A stretch of DNA of 64,000 bases from Azolla caroliniana (lineage: Eukaryota > Plantae > Polypodiophyta), in assembly GCA_043228905.1 (NCBI GenBank), contig JBHGNT010000022.1, positions 9,362,001-9,426,000 on the forward strand. Reading direction: 5' to 3'. Of this stretch, positions 49,193 through 61,346 are shown in pieces (within the stretch, counting starts at the first letter, position 1; the number at the start of each line of letters is the position of its first letter). The notes under the pieces are model-generated. The model was not told the origin of the DNA. It saw only the letters and a program-made list of their open reading frames with translations, and made no database searches. A program made the position numbers and the translations under genes.

Positions 49193-52100
49193 AAATCTCT
49201 CCGAGACGGTGGCACACCAGTCGAAAATGACGAAGTTCAGATTAACATTAGATGGGCGTGCGGCATTCTCGCATTCACAGATGGACTTACCAGCCATAAC
49301 AACCTTCGATCAGCTGTAGTCCGCTTTCTTGCGATTCTTTCATCGGAGGGTTCCACAACGCGAGATTCTCGGGCAGTTTTATACAATTAAGCAACTACCG
49401 ACCGAGACGATAGCAGACTTCAGCTTACGTTTCCAAAATTTACGACAGAAACTGGAACGAAGCCTCACGGAGGAGGAGGCTCGAGAGACATTTCTGGCAG
49501 CATTACGCCGGCCCATCCCGGCAACGCTCAACAACAATAGAGTGAAAGAAGAAACGGCGGATATGGTGATTGAACGAGCGTTATAGCTCGAGTTAGATGA
49601 TGAGGAGGAGAGGTTTTCGATGTCATCCTTACGACAAGTGTTACCTCAGGATGAGGAACGCCAATTTCATCAAGCAATCCAGTGCACGATTTGATTGAAC
49701 TCAGGGCATTCCGCGGTGGAGTGCAATATGCGAATCCACTGCCCAATCTGCCACTCGAAGGTTCACACAATCGACCAATGCGAGTACAATATGTTAAACA
49801 GAGCCACTCCCACGGTCCGCAGCATGGACACACAGCATCAACCACACCGGGCTGAACAAAGGAGGGAAGAAGACCGACCCCGGTATAAGGATCGCAACCC
49901 GCGGGAGGACCGGTACAACCAGAATCGCCGGAATCACAACGAGTCCGAGGAGGACGACCCAGAGGACGAGGATTATTGTGGACATCCGAGTTACGCCAAA
50001 GGGGGTCGGCGCTACGAACATCAACGCCCGACAAACAAACGGGGCGGCTTCAATGGCTATTGGGGTAAGCCTCGGCTATATAGGGATCACCGGCATTACG
50101 ACGAAAGCTCGGGGGATGAACGGCACCAGGAACTACGACGGGACCAACAGCAGCCACCGCATACGTTCGGACAAACGAGGCCGGACCGCGAAGAGCAAGT
50201 AGCGCCCGGAGAGGGGCACACACCACCCGGGGCTGAAAAGGGAGAATCAAGCATCCATTGTTTTATTTGTCAGCAACTTGGACACTATGCCACGTAATGC
50301 CCAACACGCAAGGGAAAGGGGCCCGTCGTCAATGCGATTACGGCGGAGGTGCAACAAGTCACCACATGCCAGCAAACAAAAACGGCGAATTGGGCTGCGC
50401 AGGACGAGGTACGACGACAAGCCCAAGCCTGGGTGGAAAAAGCAAACGCGACCAATACGGAACGTATGCAGCAGGAGTCCGCGAACACAATGGAGCGAAC
50501 AGAGAACGAAAGACCGGGGCCGGACCCAATTTGGCAGGTGTTAGCAGGCTGTGAAATCACGTTAACCATGGAAAAACTGCTACAGCTAGTTCCACGTTTC
50601 CACCAGACCATGGAAGCACAGGTGGCGGGCATGCCCGAGGCGAGCGTTGCCACAAACCTAATAGACGTCAGCGATGGACCACCGGTGGTGGATCAGCAGA
50701 ACCCGGCTATTACAGTAATATTGCACGGACAGGAAGTTCCTAGATGCGTAATCGACGGCGGCTCAGGCGTCAATGTGATTAGCGCGAAAACTTGCGAACA
50801 GTTAGGCATTTCTGAATGGGAGGCGTGTCCATTCTGGCTCCGCATGGCATATACCCGCTCAGTGCAACCGTTGGGGTTAATTCGCAAAATAGGCATCATC
50901 GTGGGCGGACACCGCTTTGACATATCGGTGGTCGTCCTCGCTTTGGACGCCCCAAGAGCGTACCCAGTGCTTCTGGGCAGACCATGGCTTCGGACAACAA
51001 ATATCAAGCAGAGCTGGCAACACGAGTGTATCAGTTTCCGGCATGGATGCACCAAGGTTCGCGTACCTACGGATGGCAACATGCCACAACCTAAGAGTAT
51101 AACACCGTTATACGCGGAGGACATAAATATGTTGGCTGGGGTGGAGGATGCCGAATTGGAAGCGTACCTTGACGAACATCCTCGGATTATTCCACTGTTC
51201 GAAATAGATGTCATCGCAACTACGACAGAATATACTACGAACCAAACCCAGAATATACTACGGCCACTGTTCCGCACGGGCGGCATTTGAAAGGGAAATG
51301 GATATTTCACGACAAGTCACCGCTTCCGCTCTCGAAGAAGTGAATGTGGGTACAGAATCGGAGCCCCAGTTCCTCTCCATCGCAAAGGAATTAAGGCCGG
51401 ACCAGAGAATCACAATGATCGCACTACTCACAGAATACAAAGATGTGTTCGCTTGGGCTCACGAGGACATGAAGGGGTTAGATCCCAAGTTCTATCAGCA
51501 TAAGATCAATGTAGCAACTGACGCGAAACCTGTCCAGCAGCGCCGCTACCGCATGAACCCCAATTACGTGACCCGCGTGAAAGAAGAAATTGACAAGCTC
51601 CTGAGGGCGGGGTTCATATGGCCAGTTAAACAAGCGACATGGCTAAGCCCGATAGTGGTTGTCCCAAAGAAAAACAGCAAAATACGGGTATGCGTAGATT
51701 ACCGAAAATTAAACGCCGTAACCATTACGGACGCATTTCCCTTACCCTTCACCGATAGCGTGCTAGACACCGTCGCAGGCCATGAGATGTACAGTTTCTT
51801 AGATGGCTTCAATGGCTATAAAGAAGTACGCATGCACCCTGAGGACCAGGAGAAGACGACGTTTGTCACAGACTGGGGAGTATATGTGGCGGTCGTCATG
51901 ATGTTCGGACTAAAGACAGCGTCGGCAACATTTCAACAAACGATTATGGAGATCTTTGGGGAATACATTCCGGCGTTCATGCAAGTCTTTCTAGACGATT
52001 TTGCGGTATATGGCCAAACAAAAGACCATTTTTCGCGCTTACGTCTGTGCCTGGAACTTTGCCGCACCGCACGCTTAAGCCTCAATCCCGCGAAATGTGC

Positions 52101-54192
52101 CTTCGGCGTGACCAGCAGGACTCTCCTAGGCCACATAGTTAGCAAAGAAGGAATAGCGGTCGACCCAAACAAGATCTCTGCGATTACGCAAGCTAAAACT
52201 CCGACAAATGCCAAATCACTTAGCCGATTTTTGGGACAAATACGGTGGCATAGTCGGATGATACGGTATTTGGCGGACTTCGCCACGCCACTACACGCTG
52301 CCGTACATCGGACTCCTTTCCAATGGACTGCAACAGAGGATAAGGCCTATGAGGCATTTAAGATAATGCTCACACACGCCCCCATCGTACAACCTCCAGT
52401 TTGGGCGAAGCCATTCCACGTGTTCGTTGACGCCTCGGACATAGCAATAGGAAGCGCGCTAATGCAACTCACCGAACCAAACTGGTACAGGCCAGTATAC
52501 TACGCAAGTCGTAAATTGTCAGCAGCAGAGCGTAACTATTCTACAACAGAGCGGGAGGTGCTAGGGATGATCTATAGCATCAATAAATTCCGCCACTATT
52601 TATTAGGACGGAAATTCACGTTCCACGTGGATCATTCAACATTATTGTATTTGGTGGAGAAACAAGCCCTGATAGGGAAATTGGTGCGGTGGATGCTGTT
52701 GCTCCAAGAATTCGAGTTCGTAATTCAGCACTGACCAGGGACGCAACATGCACTGGCATATTTTTTGAGCAGACTTGAGAATGGAGAAACAGTACAGAAA
52801 GATGACGACGATTTTCCGAACGCCGACATCTGGCGAGTAGTGACACTTGCAGAAAAAACGGAATCCACCTTTCCGGACCGATGGCTTATGGAAATGACGT
52901 ACTTTTTAACTACAGGACTGCTTCCACCACAATTACGCACGGACGAGAAGAAACGACTAGCCGTCCGAAGCCGTCACTTCTGCCTCGTCGAAGGAAATTT
53001 ATATCACAAAGGAAGTGACGGCATTTGGCGACGTGGAGTCCGTCAGGATGAGATGGAAGCAGTTTTACGGGAGGCACACTTCGGCACGGCCGACGGCCAT
53101 TACGTGAGCAACATGACAACCCGCAAAGTATGGCAGGCAGGCTTATGGTGGCCAACAACGCAGAAGGATGCATCCGATTATTGTAGAAAGTGTGATTTGT
53201 ACCACCGGATGGGTCAGCCCGCAGAGGACGCAAGGATGCCACACAAGCCCGTATTACCGCTAGACCCCTTCCAAAAGTGGGGATTGGATTTTGTAGGGCC
53301 CTTCACACCAGCAGCGGCCCGTACTAGCAATAAATACATATTGGTAGCCACAGATTACTGCACCAAATGGGTAGAAGCAAAGGCACTACGTGAAAATATG
53401 GCGGCCGTCCCAACCAAATTTCTTTACGAGCACATATGGTGCCGGTTCGGCTGTCCGATTGACCTCATCAGTGACCAGGGGAGCCACTTCCTCAATACGG
53501 TGATTCGGGAACTAACACAACATTACACAGTAGTCCACAAGAAGAGCACGCCATATTACCCGCAGGCGAATGGATTAGCAGAATCCACGAACAAAACATT
53601 ACAGACCAGTTTGAAGAAAACCGTCAATGAAAATAGAACGGACTGGGATACCAAACTCTAGAGTGCGTTATGGGCATACAAAACTAGTTACAAAACAAGC
53701 ATACAGTCAACACCGTTCCGGCTAGCGTTTGGACTAGAGGCTGTGATGTCAATCGAATTTCGGGTACCTAGTTTGCTCATTCAGGTATGGAACCGATTAT
53801 CAGAAGCCAAGTCGGAGATGGAACAACTCTACCAACTCCTCGAACTAGGGGAAAAACGCGTCCACAACATGGCTGTGTTGGAACAGGAACAGCGACAGCG
53901 TAAAGCGTTTGTCAATCAACATCGGAGCGCAAGGGAAAAGGAGTTCGTTGTGGGCCGAGCGGTGCTAGTTTTTCAAACGTGCATGGGCCATATGCCGGGG
54001 AAGTTACGTTTCCGCTGGACCGGCCCATACTGGATAATTAGGGCGGAACAGGGCATGTTCCAACTAGGAACGCTGGCTGGAGAAATAGTACGGCAAAAAG
54101 TGAATGGGTTTCGGCTCAAACCTTACCTGGGCCCTACACCACCTAACCCATTCACCGCCGAACAGGACAAAGCCGGAGAACCTGTAGCGTAA
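49193..54192 (+). pseudogene. Gypsy gag-pol
   Basis: CPICHSKVHTIDQC, CFICQQLGH, VIDGGSGVN, RVCVDYRKLN, FLDDF, VDASD, WGLDFVGP, SDQGSHF, RWTGPY. Confidence 0.95.
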
Positions 54193-54525
54193 AATGGACA
54201 ACCCCATTTGTACTATAATGTAAAAATAGGTTGTAAATAACAGTTACGAAAAGAAAAAGAAAAAGAGGGAAGATAGCAACTATTAAAACAACTAAAGGCA
54301 TGCACAAACTACTAGTTCAAGAACACGTGGCACCACGATGGCTCACCGCCCAATGAACACTAAGCCACAAAAGAAGGAAACAGAAGATTTTCTGCACAAA
54401 GCAGAAACCCATCTTCTAGCTATCAGCGCTCCCATCGCTCGTCCTCCTCACCTTCTTCCCCATCCTATCTCAGAGCTCCAACCCACCACAACCTCCCATC
54501 TCCTCCCCACGAACCTACTCTGGCG

Positions 54526-56866
54526 ATGCCAATTTTCATCTCTACTGCCCTACACCGATGGCTCGTAGAGAAACGTCTGGATGGCTACATCCGGGTCGCA
54601 GAAGCACCTCCGCACCCGGACGCCATGAACATCGCCAAGAATCTTAACATAGACACGGTCACCAACTCTTCCATTCGGAAGAAGTTGGACTTATCCTCAC
54701 TAGGCGAAAGACATTTCGAAATACCTCCTGCAGAGGCGCTGCAGCGGTATTTTGGACCATATTCATACTCCGCCAAGGCCTATAGAACAAAACAGATTCT
54801 GGATCCCTTCTTCCGTGAAGTTGCCAAGTTCCTACTAGAAGTCGGCCGCGTCCATGTCAACACATATGGGATGCCTAAGCAGAAGGCGGGCATCATTATC
54901 AACACCTTTGAAGGGCGTGCAGTCGACTGGGGGGTCATCACAGGGTCAACATTAAGAGAAGGCTTGCATGCGTACCAAGCAGGCAAAAAGCTCAGGCCAA
55001 TCATCCAACAATACCTTACGGTACTATTTCCACCCCGAGGCCTGCCAGCACCGCAGCCTAGCCAACCCACGGCCCCGCCCCGATCCGTGAAACGCAGGTT
55101 AGCGGAGTTATCGGCCCCAGAGTGGGATGAGGAACCCTAACTGGCCCAGCCAGACCCAAGGACAACACCTCCTACCGACCAGCCGGACACACGGGTGATG
55201 CAGGAGGAACAGTCGAGACGCTCCATGGAAGCAGCCCCAGAACCAGACACCGAAACACGGCGGGAAAGCCCTAGACCAAAACGGCGCAGATTGGACAAGA
55301 AAGATGGGCGGGGGTTGGTAAAAAACGCCCCCACGGCACCGGAGGCACCGACCGAAGGCGAAGGCTCTGTAGGAGCCACGACCGATTATTAGGACTCAGT
55401 CCCAACGAGGGAAAGCCATATTGACGACGGAAAGCGAGGTTTTGGCATATCCGGATATCCCGGATACAGCCCACGAATTCAGCGCCCTCTTGCAGTTCGG
55501 TACCTCTTTTGAGCTAATGGAGTTCCTGGCAACACAACAGGTCAAAGCGGAACGTCAAATGATCGAGCGTGCCCTAACACAAACAACGGAGAGCGATGAT
55601 GAGGACTGGCTAGCCAGGGTCGGCAGACAAAGGAACGTCGGGGTACGACGAGTAGGGATGGAGATACCACCCTTAAACACGGCCCTAGTCGAAGTCCATC
55701 GGAAACTGGCAAAGGTCAGCACGGGCGCCAAGGAGATGGCCATAAAAAATAAGAGTGTCTGGAAGAAGGTTAAACTGACCAAAGCCGAACTGCAAAAAGC
55801 CAACGCACGCATCGCGGAGTTGGAAGGTCACGCGACTACGGCGCAACACGCAACCCCGCCACCGAACCACGTCATCGACGCTCTAAAAGAAGAAATCGAG
55901 GCTCAGACTGCGATCGCCTCAAAAGCAAAAAGGGTCGTGCAGCTAGTGGAATCCGAAATTGACTGTCTTCGAGCAAAACTACGCCAATCCTCCGACAGAG
56001 AAAAGAAGATACGGGCTAATGGACGGAAGGCCGTAAATACTCTTGAAGAGAAACTAGCTATGGAGGTAGCTCAGCACATCCGGACAAAAGACGACAACGC
56101 CCAATTACGAGAGGACGCGAAGAAATCGGAGGCAGCAATAGCGGGACTTCGGGCCTTATTAGAAAAAAAGAAGGTATGGTTCGATGAGCAGTTGGTGGTC
56201 GAACAAGACAGAAGGCATCAGCTCGAAATCCGCCTAAACAATGAAATGGGGAAATTAGAAAAATAGCATGCAAAGGAATCCCAGTTGTGGGTGGGCCTGA
56301 AGGCCACGTATGAGGAAGCGGCAGCCGTTAAACAACAAGAAATCACTAATCTCCAGAAGTTGATGGAAGACGCACGCAACCGCTGCCAGGCCATCACGGA
56401 TAACGTGCGCATCCTTCTCCAAACAAACTAGGAAAGGTTCACAACGCAATTGAAAATGGCGTTGGACAAAGGATGGATGGTGTGGGCAATCCAAGCAGCA
56501 GAATTGCACGCGTATCGTGCGGACTGGGAGAACCGGCGGAAAGACGGCCGAGGTTTTTATAAACTAAACGAGGAGAGCATTGCGACCGTACGGGAGGACC
56601 TAGCGCAAGACTATCGAGCGCTAGCAGACCAACACTCCGAAGAACTCGCACAACTCTTAGATGATTTTGGTGAAAGTCAGGAGGAGCTATTTCACCGGAT
56701 CACACAAGCCGGCAACACGCGCACAAACGAGGAACCCAGCGTGACACCAATTCCGGTCATAGCCGAAGAAGAGGAACCTCAGGCCCGATCACCAGAGATG
56801 ACAACGGGGGAGAATAGCGGGGACCAACGACCAGATAGCGAAACCATTACCCAACAAGAGGTCTAG
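54526..56866 (+). pseudogene. 3' extra ORF (sense) of Gypsy: globular N-terminus plus long coiled-coil, unknown function
   Basis: ORF pieces 54526-55140, 55195-55392, 55421-56266 and 56450-56866 lie between INT and the 3' LTR, with heptad-like composition. Confidence 0.65.
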
Positions 56867-57263
56867 CCCACACCATCATCAGAACATGCAGAAAATAGAG
56901 CGAACAAGGCGGAATCCCCGCCCCACGCCCAGGGACATACAAAAACGGCCAACACCGCAGAGGACATAACAATAGAGGCTGAGCTACAGCCGACTGCAAG
57001 CACACCAACGGCGGAGCCCAACCCACTAACTCAGGAAGAACCCACCGTACCCGGACCACCCCCACACGGCGAAGGCGACTACGGGAGAAATCAGGCCGAC
57101 CAAGCAGAGGAGCCGCACCACGATGCACCTACGGGCCCTACATCAACTCCGGACGAGGACACCTCAACAGAGCCGAACATCCGGGCCATTTTGGAAGAAG
57201 ATTAACGGGATGGGTCCGACGTGCAAAGGCACTGTCCCACAGGCGTGCCAAGTGTTGTCCGCC

Positions 57264-57563
57264 GGAATAGTAACCGACAGACAAAAGCGTAGGAATAAGA
57301 AACTATATAAGAGCATAACGCATGTAACGGTTCACGTAGGAACCGTGAACGGCTAATTAGACCCTGCATATATAAAGGGCAGAAAACCTCTTATGGAGGT
57401 GCGTGTAATTTTTGGAATAGTAACCGACAGACAAAAGCGTAGGAATAAGAAACTATATAAGAGCATAACGCATGTAACGGTTCACGTAGGAACCGTGAAC
57501 GGCTAATTAGACCCTGCATATATAAAGGGCAGAAAACCTCTTATGGAGGTGCGTGTAATTTTT
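57264..57563 (+). repeat. 150-bp tandem duplication at start of 3' LTR
   Basis: GGAATAGTAACCGACAG at 57264 and 57414. Single copy in the 5' LTR. Confidence 0.92.
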
Positions 57564-58592
57564 GGAAATGTAAAGAACGCCTGATAATAGAATTCTATCT
57601 TCTCTGATTTTCTGTGTATAGCTACGGCTAATTCAGTGTCGGTGTCTCGGATACAACAGCGTAGTAGTACATAAGTGTAACCTTTGATAGGGATTCGGTT
57701 GTAGCCATCTTCCCTTATACGCGGAGGGATTACAGGGGTTCTCCCCTTACGCATTACGCCTAAAACCCTGTTCGGTGTTCCACACCCACCTTGAGGTCTA
57801 GGTCGAAGGACTGACCACGGACCGTGTTCCTAAACGGCAACAACAGCCGAACAAAGGGGAAACAAAGCCAAGAAAGGTGTAAAGGCCAAGACTAAGACAT
57901 GGTCTGACGTAGTTAAGGGCCTAAAGACTAAAGACAAATTGAAGACAACCAATTCAGGCGAAAGTGGAATTGAATCGAAAGTGTCTGATTTAATCAAAAT
58001 GTTCGATTCGGACATTACGAATCGACTTAGGACCAAGCGACAACAAGGGAGCTAAGAAGGGCCGCATGAGCAGACAAGCTGACCGGAAGGGTTGAAGCGC
58101 GCGGAATCGAACGAGTCGAAGAGCGCGAGCGAGGCGTGAAGCTAGGAGAGGCCGGAGAGAAGATCCGCATCCGCAAAAGCATATGGAACCTCAAGTTGAG
58201 CTTGAGGGGGAGCGTTGAGAGAAAAGCTCAACATTGGGTGCGTAAACGGGTGCGTAACCTAGTACATAGACTGGGTGCATAAAACTATACGCAAAATATG
58301 GTTGTGGCGGTTTTTAAACAAAGAAGCCGTTAGAACATTATTCCTCGTAAGGAATAATTTTGAGAGTTGGTGTAGAAGGCTCATTTATGAGCGGTCAAGT
58401 ATTGTTAGTACTTGTGTAAGCCCAATAGTTGGGGCTTGTATAAAAGCTGCTTATTGAGCACGAAGTATGTATAGAGAACATATAGAGAATTATTTTGAAT
58501 ATAGTTATGTTTTCTGATCTTTCTCTCTCTCCCTCTCCCTCTCTTTCTCTGTGATTCTTGTGTTTTACGGAACTATCATACTTCCGAACCGT

Positions 58593-58790
58593 TGTCGTAG
58601 TGTAATTCGCACACTACGTGAACTATGTGAAAGAAAGATATATCTGATTTAAGTACACATAAATAAATAAAAGAAATAAGAATATAAATAGATTATAAGA
58701 AAGAGATATAAAAAACCTCGTTCTCCTAGTCCAAAACCCCGGCGGTTCCCACCCGATTCATGCAACGATCCGGCGCCAAAAGGCACGACA
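58593..58790 (+). mobile_element. 198-bp internally deleted solo LTR related to the tandem-array LTR
   Basis: Ends match the 13979 LTR ends. Perfect TSD CCGT. Sits inside the Copia D 3' LTR. Confidence 0.9.
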
Positions 58791-59736
58791 CCGTGTACTC
58801 CGTGTCCTTCGCATACGCTTCCGCACACGTATTCTTTTACATGAAGGAATATGGATTCATTCTATACTTGAAGAACTTAACTTGTTTAAGACTTGAAAGC
58901 TAATCCTTCATAATTTGTGATAATCAATCGTGTATAAAGCTAGCTTGTAATCCGAAAATGAGTGATAATATTCGACATGTCTCTTTCAAGCATCATTTTC
59001 TACGAGACTTAATCGAAGAGAAGAAGCTAGATTTGAAGTATGCGTCTACAACACCAATGTGGGCCGATTTTCTAACAAAGCCAATACCTCAAACAAAGCA
59101 TGTCACTTGTTGCTGAAAGATTGGTCTAACAATGCCAAACTATTCTTCAAATGACCATCATCTTCGAACTCAAGTAAAATGTCCATCCTTTCCTCTCGAT
59201 CAATCAACTTCAAAAATAATAGAACCTTGTCCAACCCCACCAATCTTCGATCTTGCTCCGAGAGTTGAGCAAAACGATGCACGAACTCTTGGAATGCTTT
59301 CATTGCGCTTTGGTGGGTCTTTGCAAATTCTACCCATTCGTTGAACTCATGCCAACCTCGCACCTTTGGTCTCTCATACCCACATGCCTCCAATAGAGCT
59401 TCCTTGAAGGACTCCCATGACTCATGAGCTTCTCGAAGCTCCTAGACCTCTTCGTGTATCGATACGGCCACCACCCAACAAAAATACTCTAGCCTCGTTG
59501 CTTCGTCCATGCCCCACTTCGTCATCTCGGCATTGTAGGCTCTCAAAAAATTTGGGGCCTCGTACCCGTTGAAACGGTCGAGTCGTGTGACCACACTCTC
59601 GACGCCTTGTTGAGCCTCGTCTCATCTTTATTTTTGCCTTACGAAATCCATCACTATCCTCACCATTACTTCCGTGAAGTCTTCCTCTTCCATCCTCGTC
59701 CTCCCTTGCTGACCTTCACGTCGGGTTTACCAAAGA

Positions 59737-60384
59737 TGTCGTGGAAATTTGCGACTGCATGTCAGCTTGGGCGGGACCACGAGGTTCTTGGCCTAGGGGG
59801 TAGAGGGGAAAATGGGAGCTTATCCCTTACGTCCTTCGAGCTCAAAAGGGTAGGAGAAAGAATAAGAGATTAACACGGTAGAGAAATAGATGGAGACAAG
59901 GTTCACCAATTTAATTATGAAGCACAAAAGCCACAAAATGATTACAACCACAACTGATTAGGCCACACCCAAGCACAACTAGAAGAAATGATAATGACTA
60001 AGGAGAGAGAGAGAGAGAATGAAACCCTAAACCTTCCTAACTACTACCAAGATGACCAAACGAAAACCCTAAAATGAAAAACCCCAACGGTCTACCTCTA
60101 ACGACAAAATGGTGACCCCTCAATGGTGACCCGTTACCCCTTTTTATAGTAGAAAGGGGAGAGGCTTATTACAAAAGGAGAGGCCAAATCTTCCGCTCCT
60201 TTCAAAGGGGGAATACTTCACGAACTTTGTAGTGCACTTTTCGCACCTTACATTTTACCCTTCCGTTTACATTTGTTTTCTTATTCTTATGTTACAAATT
60301 TCCTAAGTGCATGTGCAATGTTGCACTTCCCATTTTATCCATCCCTCACGGGTTTTCTCACAATGGCCGAAAATCCTCACGACA
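59737..60384 (-). repeat. 5' LTR of element B
   Basis: TGTCGT...ACGACA termini, adjacent Trp PBS, carries a deletion relative to 9029-9838. Confidence 0.88.
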
Positions 60385-60770
60385 ACATGATGAAGATCCT
60401 ACAAAGACTCAACATGACGGAAGCAAAGCCAGTCTGCTCTGTGTTACCGACTAATTGCAAGCTGAATGCAACGTCAACATACGTGATGACCTATGCAGGG
60501 GGAGCAATGTCGTGGCAATCACGACTGCAGAGTCTGTGGCCTTGTCGACCACAAAGGAAGAGTACATGGCTGCGGTAAAGGCCGGCAAGGAGTTGATTTG
60601 GATGAAGAGTTTCCTTAGTGAACTCGGAATGAAGCAAGAAGAATTCTTGTTCCACTGTGATAATCAAAGTGCCATACACATTGCAAAGAACGTTGCATAT
60701 CAATCTCGGACCAAGCATATACAAAGGAGATATCATTGGTTGCGAGAGAAGGTAGATAAAGGAGAGTTTT
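60385..60770 (+). pseudogene. Copia A RT end/RNase H (deleted)
   Basis: YAGGAMSWQSRLQ, CDNQSAIH, TKHIQRRYHW. Confidence 0.9.
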
Positions 60771-61346
60771 CCCTAAGCGGGTGTGTGAGAGTCTGTGAGC
60801 GTGAGAGAGAGCGGCAGCAAAGTTCAACGAACATGCTAAGAACCCTAAGCGGGTTATCCTCTATGTGTGTCAGACAAGATTGTAACTGTGTTCCTATACT
60901 CTCTTGTATAAAGTGGAATCTTTGTTCCCGTGGTTTTCCCCGTTTAGGGTTTCCACGCTAAATTTGTGTACACTTTCCCTGTGTTTTTGAGCTATGTATT
61001 TCAACGTATTCCTTTTCTTGTGGATTGACGATTTGTTTCTCAATAAACTAGTATTTCAGCCTCCCTTTCGGTTCTTCTTCCATTTAGGCCGGAATACTAG
61101 CCGAATTGTCTTCCATTCAAGTCGGATTACTGGACGGATCGACTTCCGGTCGAAACGGTCCTTGGCTCTCCTTTCCTTTCCTCTTTCGGCCTCTTCATCG
61201 ACCTTCACCACCGTTGTCGTGAAGTATGAAAGCTTCACATTAAAAGTCTACAATCAGATAAATACGTAACTAAAATAACATTTGATACGGTCCTTGGCTC
61301 TCCTTTCCTTTCCTCTTTCGGCCTCTTCATCGACCTTCACCACCGT

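Larger units (their letters stand above)
47566..57842 (+). mobile_element. Decayed Ty3/Gypsy (non-chromovirus, Athila/Tat-related) with Arg-like PBS and 3' extra ORFs
   Basis: LTRs 47566-48005 and 57253-57842. TSD ATAGC/ACAGC. PBS TGGCACGC at 48010. Order gag(CCHC)-PR-RT-RH-INT. Confidence 0.92.
34137..58841 (+). mobile_element. Copia D: decayed tailed Copia (Bryco-like by inference)
   Basis: Truncated 5' LTR to 34353, Met PBS at 34354, gag (NYASWSYKMHQYLLGHGYW), PR, INT to 36654, RT-RH 45430-47565, tail 57843-58050, PPT 58201-58212, 3' LTR 58213-58841. Confidence 0.88.
24807..59102 (+). mobile_element. Copia C: decayed AT-rich Copia, fragmented by nested insertions, 3' LTR lost
   Basis: 5' LTR ~24807-25061 with Met PBS TGGTATCAGA. 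gag/PR (WYLDTGATNH)/INT at 25311-27060, linker 28402-28732 and 32003-32830, RT 32834-34128 (GVYVDDL), RNase H resumes 58842-59102 (WADFLTKP). Confidence 0.75.
9029..60384 (-). mobile_element. Element B: old tRNA-Trp-primed Gypsy-derived, apparently gag-only element expanded to 51 kb by nested insertions
   Basis: 5' LTR 59737-60384 with PBS TGGTAAACCCGACGTGA (59716-59732, minus). 3' LTR 9029-9838 with adjacent minus-strand PPT. TSD ACAT at 9025-9028 and 60385-60388 restores the Copia A frame. gag remnant at 59103-59700. Confidence 0.75.
3925..61044 (+). mobile_element. Copia A: decayed Tnt1/Tto1-like element, outermost host of the nest (5' end missing)
   Basis: gag-PR-INT-RT at 3925-6707. RT resumes at 8958-9028 (ILGMDIVRDRTKKVLWLLQEKY) and again at 60385 (MKILQRLNMTEAKPV). 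RNase H runs to ~60770, then a partial 3' LTR to ~61044. Protein is colinear with element F. Confidence 0.8.
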
